DNA of 64,000 bases from an uncultured Caulobacterales bacterium (GCA_903884425.1 CAISEP010000001.1:25922-89921), one strand, 5' to 3'; counted from the first letter of the stretch, positions 9,756 to 20,155 are shown. The notes: generated by a model not told the origin, from the letters alone. Program-made: numbers and translations.

Positions 9756-10520
9756 GGCCACCCGGTCGGCCTCGGGTTCCGTGACAGGCCCTGCATCGGC
9801 CGCCACCAGGGCCGCGGTCGCCTGCTCGATGCGGGTCTCCAGTTCCCGCATGAAGCTGGCGCGCTTCAGGCCGGCGGGAATGGGCTCCAGCACCTCGAAC
9901 ACCACGGTTCCGGGAATCCGGGCAATGCCATGGGCCGGCCAGTGCAGCCCCGAATTGGTGGCCAGCGGCACGCAGGGCACCGCGAGCTCCTTGTAGAGCG
10001 CCGCGATCCCCGGCTTGTAGTCCGGGGCCGCCCCGGGCAGGACCCGGGTCCCTTCCGGAAAGATCAGGACCTGGCGTCCCTCGTCGAACCGCTGGCGCAC
10101 ATCCTTGATCAGCCCGCGCAGCGTCTTGGCCGCGCCCTCCCGGTCGATGGGGATCATGCCCGAGCGCTTGGCGTACCAGCCATAGATCGGGATGCTCAGC
10201 AGCTCCCGCTTCAGGACGATGGTGGGGCAGGCGAGGAAGGCGAAGGGGGCGACGGTGTCCAGCATGCTCTGGTGCTTGCCGGCGATCAGCACCCCGGTCC
10301 GGGGCAGGTGGTGCAGGCCGCGAAGCTCCACCCGGATGCCGCAGATCAGCTCCAGCGCGCGAAGCGCCGCGCGGCACCAGACCCGCACTGCGCCCAGGGC
10401 CAGATTCGGGGCCACCAGCAGCACGGGCAGGAACAGGGTCCCCACCACGAGGGCCGAGCCGCCCATCCACACATTGAAGATCAGTCCCCGCAGCCAGTCT
10501 GCTGCCGTGGGCTTACGCAC
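9750..10520 (-). CDS. plsC: 1-acyl-sn-glycerol-3-phosphate (lysophospholipid) acyltransferase
   Basis: It has an HX4D-type block (AGKHQSMLDT) and a FPEGTR motif. The start is uncertain: GTG 10520 or TTG 10529. The track start at 10682 overlaps the upstream gene. Confidence 0.85.
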   Translation of the reverse strand: MRKPTAADWLRGLIFNVWMGGSALVVGTLFLPVLLVAPNLALGAVRVWCRAALRALELICGIRVELRGLHHLPRTGVLIAGKHQSMLDTVAPFAFLACPTIVLKRELLSIPIYGWYAKRSGMIPIDREGAAKTLRGLIKDVRQRFDEGRQVLIFPEGTRVLPGAAPDYKPGIAALYKELAVPCVPLATNSGLHWPAHGIARIPGTVVFEVLEPIPAGLKRASFMRELETRIEQATAALVAADAGPVTEPEADRVAS

Positions 10521-10525
10521 TGCGA

Positions 10526-11170
10526 TCAAGAGGCGGCCCCGGCGGTGGTGGGCGCACTGGGGGCGGGGGCCGTGGCCGGCCGGATGTGGCGCCAGGTCGA
10601 GCGGGCCAGTTCCCGGGTCAGGATCGCCAGATACTTGCAGTATTCCACCGTGATCCGCCGGGTATCCCCCCACTTGGTCCACCAGCGCCGCGCGTTCACC
10701 GTGTCCGTCACCACGGGATAGGGATAAAGCTCCACCCCCGGCATGGTGGACTGAAGCTCGAGGATCGCCCGGGGAATGTGATAGTCGGCGGTCACCACGA
10801 TCAGACTGCGATAGTGGTGATAGGCGACCCAGCGGGCCGTCTCCACGGCATTGCCGCGGGTGGTCTCCGCCCGGAAGCCGAGATCGACGCAGCAGTCCCA
10901 GATCCGGCCCACGCCGCGGGCCACGTACTTCACCTCGGAGCGGCGGGCCTGGGGGTTCACGCCGGAGATCAGCAGGCGGCGGCCCTTGCCTTCCTCCAGC
11001 AGCTGCACCGCCGCCTCGATCCGGATGGAGGAGGCCCCGGTCAGGGCCACGATGGCATCGGCATTGGGCGGCTCGAAGGCCGGGGTGGAACTGGCGACCC
11101 GGGACGCGAAGGCGGCCAGGCCGAACACCCAGAACAGGACCAGCAGTACGATCACGGCGAGAGTTTTCAT
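10526..11170 (-). CDS. YdcF / DUF218 (ElyC-like) family protein
   Basis: The start is at MKTLAVIVLLV (signal or TM). The sequence IVALTGASSIRIEAAVQLLEEGKGRRLLISGV...TTRGNAVETARW...IVVTADYHIPRA matches DUF218. Confidence 0.8.
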   Translation of the reverse strand: MKTLAVIVLLVLFWVFGLAAFASRVASSTPAFEPPNADAIVALTGASSIRIEAAVQLLEEGKGRRLLISGVNPQARRSEVKYVARGVGRIWDCCVDLGFRAETTRGNAVETARWVAYHHYRSLIVVTADYHIPRAILELQSTMPGVELYPYPVVTDTVNARRWWTKWGDTRRITVEYCKYLAILTRELARSTWRHIRPATAPAPSAPTTAGAAS

Positions 11171-11225
11171 GCCGCCTTCCGCCCTTCCCGCTGCGAGGCG
11201 CCCCGATGCGGCGCGAGGTTCCCGT

Positions 11226-12119
11226 TCATACCTGCTCCCGGAGGATCGCCATGGCGACACTGTGCGCCGAAAGCGCAGCCACCAGGGCCCCCAGCACGGG
11301 CGCGGCGAGGCAGGCCAGCAGGTCCGTCCAGGCGATCGGCAGGGCCGGAGAGAACCCGTCCGAACCGCCTGTTAACCTCAGTATAGCGCCAACTGCCGCC
11401 GCCGCCAGTGCGCCATAGGCCGCAGCCCGCGTGGCGAGCGCGGCAAAGCGCATCTGGAACAATTGCGCCACAAACCGGTCCTCGGCCCCGCACAGATGCA
11501 GCACCTCCACCACATCCCGGCGGGCGGCCAGCCCCTGGCGGGTGGCAAAGGCCACCACCGACCCGGCCGCCGTGGCGATCAGCAGACAGGCCACGGCCGC
11601 GCTCAGCCGGACGATGTCGCCGCTGGTCCGGACATCGGCCATCCAGCGGCTGTGGTCGTCCACCGTGGCATCGAGATGCGCCGCCGCCAGGGCCCGGTTC
11701 AGGTCCGCGGAGGTGGCCGGGTGGTCCGGGGCCAGCTCCACCGTCACCAGTTGCGGCAGGGGCAGGTCGGCGGGGATGTTGCCCTTGCCGAGCCAGGGCT
11801 CCAGCAGGGCCTCGGCGGACTTGCGGTCCATGGCCCGGGCCTCGCTCACGCCCCTGACCCCGGCGACGGCCTCTGCCGCCCGGGCCGCGGCCTCGGCACC
11901 GGTCTCCCCGCCCACCGGGCGCACCTGGACGGTGGCCGAGCCGGACAGCTGCCGCGCCCAGCCCTGGGCGGCGCGATCGGCGGCCAGGGCGGCGATGACG
12001 GCGATGCAGGCGAGGAAGGACAACACCGCCACGGTGAAGACCAGCCCCGGATCCCGGAAGTCCCGGCTCGGCAGGATCGATGCGGCGGGGTCCGGCCCGC
12101 GGTCGTCGGCGGCGCTCAC
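11226..12119 (-). CDS. ftsX: Cell-division ABC transporter permease FtsX
   Basis: The GTG start overlaps the ftsE stop (GTGA). It has the four-TM FtsX architecture with a periplasmic loop and lies directly downstream of ftsE. Confidence 0.85.
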   Translation of the reverse strand: MSAADDRGPDPAASILPSRDFRDPGLVFTVAVLSFLACIAVIAALAADRAAQGWARQLSGSATVQVRPVGGETGAEAAARAAEAVAGVRGVSEARAMDRKSAEALLEPWLGKGNIPADLPLPQLVTVELAPDHPATSADLNRALAAAHLDATVDDHSRWMADVRTSGDIVRLSAAVACLLIATAAGSVVAFATRQGLAARRDVVEVLHLCGAEDRFVAQLFQMRFAALATRAAAYGALAAAAVGAILRLTGGSDGFSPALPIAWTDLLACLAAPVLGALVAALSAHSVAMAILREQV

Positions 12120-12892
12120 AGGAAGCCTGCGCCGGCAAGGCTGTCCGGGTCCTCCGGGTACGACCTCGGCCCGGCGGCGGGGTGCAGCGACAGATGCCCC
12201 TGTTCCAGATGCATCACCGGCATGCCGGACCGGGCCACCAGGTCCTGGTCGTGGCTGGCGATGACCACGGTGGTGCCCATCCGGTTCAGCTCCACCAGCA
12301 GGCGCAGGATCCGCAGGGCCATGGCATGGTCCACATTGCCCGTCGGCTCGTCCGCCAGCAGGATGTCGGGCTTGGTCACCACCGCCCGGGCAATGCTCAG
12401 CCGCTGCTTTTCCCCGCCGGAGAGGGTGGGGGGGTAGGCCCACATCCGCTCCCCCAGCCCGACCCACTCCAGAAGCTCGATCACGTCGCCCTGGTACTGT
12501 TCGAGCCGCTGCCCGGCGATGCGCAGGGGCAGGGCCACATTGTCGAAGGCGGTGAGGTGGTCCAGCAGGTGGAACTCCTGGAAGACCACGCCGATCCGCC
12601 GCCGCAGGAACGGCAGTTCCGTCCGCGGGGTGGTGCCGATGTCGTGGTCGAAGATGCGCAATCGCCCCTTCGACGGGCGCGCGGCGATGTAGATCAGCTT
12701 GAGAAGCGAACTTTTGCCCGCACCGGACGCGCCGGTAAGGAAATGGAAGGAGCCCGGTGTTAACCCAAGGTCGATATCGCGAAGCACCTCGGGCGCCTGT
12801 CCGTAGCGCATCGAGACGCCTTCGAAGGAAACGACGGGATTCCCTGTGCCATCCGAATTTAAATTTGTAAAATCATATACTTGGCTGGACAT
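12116..12892 (-). CDS. ftsE: Cell-division ATP-binding protein FtsE
   Basis: The start is at MSSQVYDF (ATG comp. 12890-12892). It carries Walker A GASGAGKSS, the signature LSGGEKQR and Walker B ILLADEP. Confidence 0.92.
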   Translation of the reverse strand: MSSQVYDFTNLNSDGTGNPVVSFEGVSMRYGQAPEVLRDIDLGLTPGSFHFLTGASGAGKSSLLKLIYIAARPSKGRLRIFDHDIGTTPRTELPFLRRRIGVVFQEFHLLDHLTAFDNVALPLRIAGQRLEQYQGDVIELLEWVGLGERMWAYPPTLSGGEKQRLSIARAVVTKPDILLADEPTGNVDHAMALRILRLLVELNRMGTTVVIASHDQDLVARSGMPVMHLEQGHLSLHPAAGPRSYPEDPDSLAGAGFL

Positions 12893-12949
12893 GGCGCCCG
12901 GAATCGGCAAGCTCCTTCGGACAGGCGCAAGGCCCCCGATTCGACCGAC

Positions 12950-13867
12950 ATGATACTCACCTGCCCCGACTGTGCCACTCGCTATTTCGTGCGGGAGGGC
13001 TCCATCCCCGAGAGCGGCCGCAAGGTCCGCTGCGCGGGTTGCGCCCATGTGTGGCTGGCGACCAGCCTCGACCTGTCGGCGGACGAGGACGGGGTCGCAG
13101 GCGTGCCGGCGTCGACGGAGCCGCCGCGGCCGTCCGCACCGGTCAGCGAAGCCGGGGAGACGCCGCTGATCGGCCCCCTGGATGTGGAACCGCCCCTGCC
13201 GGCCCAGATCCGCGCCCGGGTCCAGGCCCGCCGGGAGACCCGGGAGGCGGTGGCCGCCGGGGTCGTCTGGGCGGTCTTGTGTGCGGGCTTTGCCATGGTG
13301 CTGGTGGCGGCGGTGCTGTTCAAGGTGCAGGTGGTCCGGATGTTCCCCGCCACCGCCGGGGCCTATGCGGCCATCCGCATGCCGGTGAATCCCGTGGGCC
13401 TGTCCCTGGAGTCGGTCCAGGGAAGCCCGGGCCTCAGCAATGGTCGCGCGACCCTGGTGGTCAGCGGCGTGGAACGCAATGTGGAGACCGACAGCCGTCC
13501 GCCCGCCCCGGTGCGGGTGGCCCTGTTCGACCGGGCCGGCAAGCCGCTGCGCGAGCAGACGGCCCGGGTCGATGGCCCCCCCCTGGCCCCGGGCGAGACC
13601 CGGGCCTTTTCCGTGAACCTGTACGATCCCCCGATCAACGTGGCCGAATACCAGGTTGAATTCGTGGTGGAAAAGCCGGCGAAGGTCACCCATCCCGCAG
13701 CGCCGCGCCCCGCGGCCCCGACAGCGCATCATCCCCTGCCGCTAAGGGGCGCGACGGCGCCGGTGGCCAATGTCGGCACCGCTGCTCCGGTGGAGGCCCG
13801 CCCCCTGCCGCCGGAATCCCCGTTTGCGCTCCCCAGCGAGGGCAAGCTGCGAACCGAAACCCGCTGA
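12950..13867 (+). CDS. MJ0042-type zinc-ribbon protein with a DUF3426-like C-terminal domain
   Basis: It starts MILTCPDCATRYFV...VRCAGCAHVW, followed by a TM segment, then an Ig-like C-terminal part (LVVSGVERNV...PGETRAFSV). It is divergent from ftsEX, as in many alphaproteobacteria. Confidence 0.8.
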   Translation: MILTCPDCATRYFVREGSIPESGRKVRCAGCAHVWLATSLDLSADEDGVAGVPASTEPPRPSAPVSEAGETPLIGPLDVEPPLPAQIRARVQARRETREAVAAGVVWAVLCAGFAMVLVAAVLFKVQVVRMFPATAGAYAAIRMPVNPVGLSLESVQGSPGLSNGRATLVVSGVERNVETDSRPPAPVRVALFDRAGKPLREQTARVDGPPLAPGETRAFSVNLYDPPINVAEYQVEFVVEKPAKVTHPAAPRPAAPTAHHPLPLRGATAPVANVGTAAPVEARPLPPESPFALPSEGKLRTETR

Positions 13868-13873
13868 CGACCG

Positions 13874-14398
13874 ATGGCGCGGGAACAGCTTCTCGGTGAG
13901 GAGGAGGTCCAGACCCGGGTCGCCGCCCTGGCCCGGGCCGTGGCCGGGCGGATCGATGACGACACGGTCTGCGTCTGCCTGCTGACCGGGGCCCTGTGGT
14001 TTGCCGGAGACGTGATGCGGGAACTGGCCCGACTGGGACGGAACCCGCGCTTCGACTGCCTGTGGCTGGCCTCCTACGGGGACGCGGAGGTCAGTTCCGG
14101 CCGGGTGAGGGTCCACGCGCCCCTGCAGAGACCGGTGGAAGGGGCGCGGGTGCTGCTGCTGGACGACGTGCTGGACAGCGGCCTGTCCCTGATCACGGCC
14201 CGGGACATGATGCAGGCCGCGGGGGCGTCCGAGGTGCTGACCGCGGTGTTCGCCCGCAAGCCCTGGCCGACGGAGCGGGGCGTCGTGGCGGACTTCGTGG
14301 CCTGGGAGGCCCCGGCCCGCTACATCATCGGCTATGGCATGGATGCCGCCGGTCGCTACCGGGGGCTGCCGGACATCTGGGCCGAGGACGGCGGTTAG
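13874..14398 (+). CDS. hpt: Hypoxanthine/guanine phosphoribosyltransferase family protein
   Basis: 174 aa. The PRPP-binding loop reads VLLLDDVLDSGLSL, and the C-terminal IGYGMD..G.YRGLP motif is present. Confidence 0.85.
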   Translation: MAREQLLGEEEVQTRVAALARAVAGRIDDDTVCVCLLTGALWFAGDVMRELARLGRNPRFDCLWLASYGDAEVSSGRVRVHAPLQRPVEGARVLLLDDVLDSGLSLITARDMMQAAGASEVLTAVFARKPWPTERGVVADFVAWEAPARYIIGYGMDAAGRYRGLPDIWAEDGG

Positions 14399-14407
14399 GG
14401 AGCGGCC

Positions 14408-15703
14408 TCAGCCCAGCCAGTCGGGCAGGGGCTCCCGGGCCAGCATCTCCTCGAAGGTGGGCCGACGGCGGATGACGCTGAAGCGGTCACCGCTCACCAG
14501 CACTTCGGGAATGAGCGGGCGGCTGTTGTATTCGCTGCTCATGGAGGCCCCGTAGGCCCCGGCGGACTGGAAGGCCACCAGGTCCCCCGCGGCCATCGGC
14601 GGCAGGGGGCGATCCCTGGCAAAGGTGTCCCCGGTCTCGCAGACCGGGCCGACCACGTCCATCGCCTCCTCCGGTGCCCCGTTGCCGGAGCGGACCGGTC
14701 GGATGCCGTGATAGGCCTCGTACAGGGTCGGGCGAAGCAGGTCGTTCATGGCCGCATCCACCACCAGGAAACTGCGCCCCTCCGCCCGGCGATGCACATG
14801 GATGGCCGTGGCCACCAGCACACCGGCATTGGCCACGATCAGCCGACCCGGTTCGAAGGCCAGGTCGATGTCGAGCCCGTCCAGCACCCGGGCCACCATG
14901 GCGGCGTAGATGGACGGCAGGGGCGGCGCTTCCGGGGCATCGAAATAGGGCACGCCCAGCCCGCCGCCCAGGTCCAGGCGCTCCACGCTCAGGCCCTCCC
15001 GGCGCAGGTCCTCCACCAGGCCCCGCATCCGGGTGAACGCGGCCTCCAGGGGGGCGAGGTCGGTGATCTGGCTGCCGATGTGGCACGCAACCCCCACCGG
15101 GCGCAGAAAGGGCGAGGCGGCGGCCCGGGCATAGAGCCGCCGGGCCTCGGAGAAGGATACGCCGAACTTGGACTCGGCCTTGCCGGTGGAGATCTTGGCG
15201 TGCCCGCCGGCCCCCACGTCCGGATTGACCCGGATGGCAATGGCGGGGCGGGCGCCCCGGGCCTCGGCGATCGCGGCCAGGCGCTCCAGCTCCGCCTCGG
15301 CCTCCACATTTATCTCGCAGACCCCCTGGTCGATGGCGAAGGCGAGTTCCGCATCGGTCTTGCCGACCCCGGAGAAGACGATCCGCTCCGGCGGCACGCC
15401 CGCGGCCAGGGCCCGGCGGATCTCCCCCTCCGACACCGTGTCGGCTCCGGCACCCAGGCGGGCCAGGGTGCGGATGACGGCCAGGTTGGAATTGGCCTTC
15501 ACCGCATAGGCCACCAGCAGTCGCCGCCCCGGCATGGCGGCCTGCAGGGCGTCCCGGAACACGGTGAAGTGCCGCTCGAGGGTGGCGGTGGAATAGACAT
15601 AGACAGGCGTCCCGACCGCCTCGGCGATCTCTGCCAGGGGCACGTCCTCGCACCACAGTTCCGGCGCGCCGGTGGGACCCGGGCGGTCCTGGAAGTGGTC
15701 CAT
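14408..15703 (-). CDS. lysA: Diaminopimelate decarboxylase
   Basis: 431 aa. It reads YAVKANSNLAVI, GADTVSEGE and the CETGD motif, with full-length fold-III PLP decarboxylase similarity. Confidence 0.95.
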   Translation of the reverse strand: MDHFQDRPGPTGAPELWCEDVPLAEIAEAVGTPVYVYSTATLERHFTVFRDALQAAMPGRRLLVAYAVKANSNLAVIRTLARLGAGADTVSEGEIRRALAAGVPPERIVFSGVGKTDAELAFAIDQGVCEINVEAEAELERLAAIAEARGARPAIAIRVNPDVGAGGHAKISTGKAESKFGVSFSEARRLYARAAASPFLRPVGVACHIGSQITDLAPLEAAFTRMRGLVEDLRREGLSVERLDLGGGLGVPYFDAPEAPPLPSIYAAMVARVLDGLDIDLAFEPGRLIVANAGVLVATAIHVHRRAEGRSFLVVDAAMNDLLRPTLYEAYHGIRPVRSGNGAPEEAMDVVGPVCETGDTFARDRPLPPMAAGDLVAFQSAGAYGASMSSEYNSRPLIPEVLVSGDRFSVIRRRPTFEEMLAREPLPDWLG

Positions 15704-15730
15704 CAGGCGGGTGTCCTCAGTCGGGCGACG

Positions 15731-16102
15731 TCAGTTGGGCGGCCGGGTGGAGACCGGCGCGCCCATGAGGTTCGGCGACCCGTCCACCGGGGTGGCGGAC
15801 AGGGGGGTGAGCTTCTGGTTCGGGTCCTGGATGTCCCGCTTGGTCTTGGGCGCGTTGTCCGTGGAGGGTTGCGGGTCGGGCTGGTCCGCAACGGCGTTCG
15901 GATTGACCGGGGCGCGCTGCTTCTCGGCCTTTTCGGCCTTGGCGGCGGCGTCGGCGGCCTGGCGGGCCTGGTAGTCGGCCTTGGCGGCGTCCCCGAACAT
16001 GGGCGGCGGCTGCCGCAGGGGGCCGAGCTTGCCGCAGGCCGTCAGGGACAGGGCCAGAAGCCCGATGGCCGCCAGGGGCCGCCTCGCATCACGCTTTGTC
16101 AT
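15731..16102 (-). CDS. Small Pro/Ala-rich lipoprotein, LptM (YifL)-like
   Basis: It starts [34 protein letters not shown]: a lipobox followed by the GxLGPL motif seen in YifL/LptM. It occupies the typical position between argH and lysA. Its start overlaps the argH stop by 14 nt. Confidence 0.65.
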   Translation of the reverse strand: MTKRDARRPLAAIGLLALSLTACGKLGPLRQPPPMFGDAAKADYQARQAADAAAKAEKAEKQRAPVNPNAVADQPDPQPSTDNAPKTKRDIQDPNQKLTPLSATPVDGSPNLMGAPVSTRPPN

Positions 16103-17516
16103 CGGAGAGCCGTTCCTTCCAGAGACTGACCTGGCGGCGGACCTCCGCCGGGGCGGTGCCACCATAGCTGATACGGCTGGCGACGGAACGCTCCGGCGTC
16201 AAGACCTGATAGACATCGGCGGTGATTCCCGCCTCGATCGCCTGCAGCTCGGAAAGGGGCAGGGCGGGCAGGTCGACCCCCAGCTGCTCGGCACGCTTCA
16301 CCGCCGCGCCGGTCACGTGGTGGGCCCGGCGGAACGGCATGTCGAGGGTGCGGACCAGCCAGTCGGCCAGGTCCGTGGCCGTGGAGAAGCCGGACGCGGC
16401 GGCGGCGGCCATGCGCGCCCGGTCCGGCGTCAGGTCGCGGACCATGCCGGCCATGGCGGCCAGCGCCAGGTCAAGGGAGTCGAAGGCCTCGAACACCGGC
16501 ACCTTGTCCTCCTGCATGTCCTTGGAATAGGCCAGCGGCAGGCCCTTCATGACCATCGTCAGGCTGGTCAGGGCCCCGAAGATGCGGCCGGTCTTGGCGC
16601 GGATCAGCTCCGCGGCATCCGGGTTGCGCTTCTGCGGCATGATCGACGAGCCGGTGGTGAAGGCATCGGACAGGCCGACAAAGCCGAACTGCGGCGTCAC
16701 CCAGATCACCAGCTCCTCCGCCAGCCGCGACAGGTGCGTGGCGGTGATGGAGGCGGCGGACAGGGCCTCCAGCGCGAAGTCCCGGTCGGAGACGCTGTCC
16801 AGGGAATTGGCCGTGGGCCGGTCGAAGCCCAGCGCCGCCGCCGTGGCATGGCGATCGATCGGGAACGGGGACCCGGCGAGGGCAGCAGCCCCCAGCGGGC
16901 ATTCGTTCATCCGCGCCCGGGCATCGGCAAAGCGGCCCGCGTCCCGGCCGAACATCTCCACATAGGCCATCAGATGGTGGCCGAAGGTCACCGGCTGGGC
17001 GGGCTGCAGGTGGGTGAAGCCGGGCATCAGGGTCCCGGCCTCGGCCTCCGCCCGCTCCAGCAGGGCGTGCTGCAGGTCCTTCAGCTGGGCCATGGCATGG
17101 TCGCAGGCCGACCGGACCCAGAGCCGGAAGTCGAGGGCCACCTGGTCATTGCGGGACCGCGCCGTGTGCAGCCGCCCCGACGGATCGCCGATCAGTTCCG
17201 CCAGCCGGGCCTCCACGTTCATGTGGATGTCCTCGTAGCGGTCGCGGAAGGGGAAGGTCCCGGCCTCGATCTCCGCCCGGATGGTGTCGAGGCCGCCCTG
17301 GATCAGGGCCCCGTCGGCGGCGCTGAGGATCCCCTGGGCCACCAGCATGGCCGCATGGGCCTTGGAGCCCGCCAGGTCCTGGGCCCACAGGCGGCGGTCG
17401 AAGCCGATGGACACATTGATGGCCTGCATCAGCGCCGCGGGCTCGCGTTCGAAGCGTCCGCCCCATATATCCTGACCCCTGGACGCAGACGCGGGGCTTT
17501 GAGGCTTTTCGGTCAT
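16089..17516 (-). CDS. argH: Argininosuccinate lyase
   Basis: 475 aa. It reads WGGRFE, SRNDQV and the [12 protein letters not shown] signature. Confidence 0.96.
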   Translation of the reverse strand: MTEKPQSPASASRGQDIWGGRFEREPAALMQAINVSIGFDRRLWAQDLAGSKAHAAMLVAQGILSAADGALIQGGLDTIRAEIEAGTFPFRDRYEDIHMNVEARLAELIGDPSGRLHTARSRNDQVALDFRLWVRSACDHAMAQLKDLQHALLERAEAEAGTLMPGFTHLQPAQPVTFGHHLMAYVEMFGRDAGRFADARARMNECPLGAAALAGSPFPIDRHATAAALGFDRPTANSLDSVSDRDFALEALSAASITATHLSRLAEELVIWVTPQFGFVGLSDAFTTGSSIMPQKRNPDAAELIRAKTGRIFGALTSLTMVMKGLPLAYSKDMQEDKVPVFEAFDSLDLALAAMAGMVRDLTPDRARMAAAAASGFSTATDLADWLVRTLDMPFRRAHHVTGAAVKRAEQLGVDLPALPLSELQAIEAGITADVYQVLTPERSVASRISYGGTAPAEVRRQVSLWKERLSDDKA

Positions 17517-18189
17517 GAGTGAAAACGAACCTTCCGGACAGAGAGGCGGGTCCTCGCTCCAGCGGTGGATCCCCTGGCTCGCGGCAAGCGGCGCGGTGGC
17601 CGTGGGGCTCCTCTACATCATCGGGACCCAACTCATCAAACCCGATGCGCGTCCGGGCAGCGGACCGGCGGGCACCGCGGTCAATACCGGCCCGGCCACC
17701 GTGTCCGAGGCGGCCCCCGGCACGATGCACCTGATCCCCGCGCTGGGCGCCCGGGGGACGGGCACCCTGCCGCCGGACGTTCCGTTCCTGGATGCGGAGG
17801 GGCACAAGGTCACCCTGGCCCGGTTCCGGGGCAAGGTGGTGCTGCTGAACCTGTGGGCCACCTGGTGCACCCCCTGCAAGGTGGAGATGCCGGCGCTGGC
17901 CCGGCTCCAGACCGCCTATGCGGGCAAGGACCTGGTGGTGGTGGCGCTGAGCATCGACAGCCCCCGGGCGGAGGCCAAGGCCCGCGACTTCATCGCCCGG
18001 AACGCGCCGCTCGCCCTCTACCGCGACCCGGACTATGCCCTGCCGCCCGCCTTTTCGCCGCCGGTCATCGGCGTGCCCGCGACCTTCTTCATCGACCGCA
18101 GCGGCCATGTCCGCGGGCGGGTGGACAGTGACGCGGACTGGACCGGCCCGAAGGCCCGCGCGGCGGTGGACCAGCTGCTGTCGGAATAG
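17515..18189 (+). CDS. tlpA: TlpA-family periplasmic thiol:disulfide oxidoreductase
   Basis: It has an N-terminal TM anchor and a thioredoxin fold with [16 protein letters not shown]. It is divergent from argH, as in Bradyrhizobium. Confidence 0.83.
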   Translation: MSENEPSGQRGGSSLQRWIPWLAASGAVAVGLLYIIGTQLIKPDARPGSGPAGTAVNTGPATVSEAAPGTMHLIPALGARGTGTLPPDVPFLDAEGHKVTLARFRGKVVLLNLWATWCTPCKVEMPALARLQTAYAGKDLVVVALSIDSPRAEAKARDFIARNAPLALYRDPDYALPPAFSPPVIGVPATFFIDRSGHVRGRVDSDADWTGPKARAAVDQLLSE

Positions 18190-18231
18190 TTTGCCTTGTT
18201 ATCGCCCGAAGGGTGCGGCAAGCCTTGGGGC

Positions 18232-19371
18232 ATGATGCACCGTCGCCGCCTCGTCGCTTCCCTCGCCACCCTCGGCGGTCTTGCCGCCCTGCCGGTTCCG
18301 GCCCTTGCCCGGCTGGCCACGCCCTTCGACCTGAAGGGCCTCGTGGCGAAGGAACAGGTTCCGGCGCTCGGGGTGATCGTCGTCACCTCCACGGAGATCA
18401 AGCACCTGGAAGTGCAGGGGCACCGGCGACTTGGGGGCGTCGCACCCGTCACGGTCAAGGACAGCTGGGCCTTCGGGGACCACACCATGGGCCTCACCTC
18501 CGCGATCTTCGCGCGGCTGGTGGAGGGCGGCAGGCTCGGCTGGAATGCCCGGCTGGAGAGCCTGTCGCCGACGCTGCCGGGCATCTCGGCCGCCTGGCGG
18601 ACGGCCACGGTGGAGACCTTCCTCGCCCACCGCTCGGGCCTCGACGACACCAGCCTGATCACGGAGGCCTGGCTGGCCCAGCGGCAGGCCGACCGCCGTC
18701 CCGCCCGGGTCCAGCGGGCGGAGCTCCTGGCCCAGGTGCTGGCCGGTGAACCAGGTGCCCGGCCGGGCGAGTTCCTGCCCGGCCGCACCAACTACATGGT
18801 CGCCGCGGCCCTCCTCGAGCATGTGTCCGGCCAGGTCTACGAGGACCTGGCCAAGTCCGAGGCCTTCGACTGGTGGGGGGCCACGGACGCGGGCTTCGGT
18901 CCGCCGCTCGGGGACGCCCCCCTGGGCCACCGGCGACTGGCCAGCGGCGGGCTCGAGCCCGTGGCCGCGGGGGGTGGCGCGGACGCCCCGGCGATCCTGA
19001 ACCCGGCGTCGGGGGCCCACATGACCCTGTCGGAATACGGCCGGTTCCTGCAGCTCATGCTGAGCGACGGGGGCGGTTGGCTGAAGCCGACCTCCCTCAG
19101 CCACCTGGCCCGGCCCTGGGACAAGGGGGCGACGGGCTATGGTCTCGGCTGGCGGTTCAGCGACGATGCGGAATGGGCCAAGGGGCCGCTCCTGACCCAG
19201 GAGGGCGGAGACGCCGCCTGGCAGGCCCAGGCGGTGCTGGCCCCGGGCCGGGACCTGGGCATCATCGCGGTTGCCAATGCCGACAGCGATCATGCCTGCC
19301 GCGCGGCCATCGACGCGGCGGTGAAGTCCTTCGCCGAGGACGCGCCGGTCTTCAACGAGCTGAAATTCTGA
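18232..19371 (+). CDS. Beta-lactamase-fold (serine hydrolase family) protein, apparently lacking the catalytic S-x-x-K
   Basis: It has a Tat-like signal (MMHRRRLVASLATLGGLAALPVPALA). The family blocks are LTSAIFARLVEGGRL, FLAHRSGL and PG...N(Y)MVAAALLEHVSG. No S-x-x-K occurs anywhere in the ORF. Confidence 0.7.
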   Translation: MMHRRRLVASLATLGGLAALPVPALARLATPFDLKGLVAKEQVPALGVIVVTSTEIKHLEVQGHRRLGGVAPVTVKDSWAFGDHTMGLTSAIFARLVEGGRLGWNARLESLSPTLPGISAAWRTATVETFLAHRSGLDDTSLITEAWLAQRQADRRPARVQRAELLAQVLAGEPGARPGEFLPGRTNYMVAAALLEHVSGQVYEDLAKSEAFDWWGATDAGFGPPLGDAPLGHRRLASGGLEPVAAGGGADAPAILNPASGAHMTLSEYGRFLQLMLSDGGGWLKPTSLSHLARPWDKGATGYGLGWRFSDDAEWAKGPLLTQEGGDAAWQAQAVLAPGRDLGIIAVANADSDHACRAAIDAAVKSFAEDAPVFNELKF

Positions 19372-19420
19372 TCCAGCGACCGCGCAGACGGTCGGAACCT
19401 TCGGGAAGGACTCCGGACCC

Positions 19421-20149
19421 ATGATCGAACGCACCGTCGAGCTGACCACCCCGCACGGGTCGATGACCACCTTCATCTGCCATCCGGAGCGGGAGGGGCC
19501 GCATCCGCCGATCCTGTTCTACATGGATGCCCCGGCTATCCGGGAGGAGCTGCGGGACATGGCGCGGCGGCTGGCGACGGTGGGCTACTACGTCATGCTG
19601 CCGAACCTCTACTACCGGGCGGGCGTCATGGAACTGGACTGGCGGCCGGACAATCCGGAGGTCCGGCTGCGGATGATGGCGCTGATGGGCGGCCTGACCA
19701 TCCCGATGATCATGGACGACACCGACGCGCTGGTCGCCTTCCTCGATGCCGATCCGGCGGCGAAGGGCGGGGCCATCGGCACCCTGGGCTATTGCATGAG
19801 CGGCCAGTACGCCATCAATGCCGCCGCGCGGTACCCCGACCGGGTCACGGCGGCGGCCTCGATCTACGGAGTGAAGCTGGTCACGGACGAGCCGGACAGC
19901 CCGCATCTGGCCGCGGCCCGGGCCCCGGCGGAGTACTACGTGGCCTGTGCCGAGACCGATGTCTGGGCCCCGCCGGAAATGGTGGCGGCGTTCCGCGAGG
20001 CCATGACCTCCCAGGGCGTCAATGCGGAGGTGGAACTCCATCCGGGGGTGGAGCACGGCTTTGCCTTCCCCCAGCGCCCGGCCTTCAACAAGCCCGCGGC
20101 GGAGCGGCACTGGGAGCGGCTGTTCGCCCTCTACCGCCGCCGCCTCTAG
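19421..20149 (+). CDS. Dienelactone hydrolase family protein
   Basis: 242 aa. The nucleophile elbow is GYCMSG and the C-terminal HGF motif is present, giving typical DLH length and layout. Confidence 0.85.
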   Translation: MIERTVELTTPHGSMTTFICHPEREGPHPPILFYMDAPAIREELRDMARRLATVGYYVMLPNLYYRAGVMELDWRPDNPEVRLRMMALMGGLTIPMIMDDTDALVAFLDADPAAKGGAIGTLGYCMSGQYAINAAARYPDRVTAAASIYGVKLVTDEPDSPHLAAARAPAEYYVACAETDVWAPPEMVAAFREAMTSQGVNAEVELHPGVEHGFAFPQRPAFNKPAAERHWERLFALYRRRL

Positions 20150-20155
20150 GCCTGG

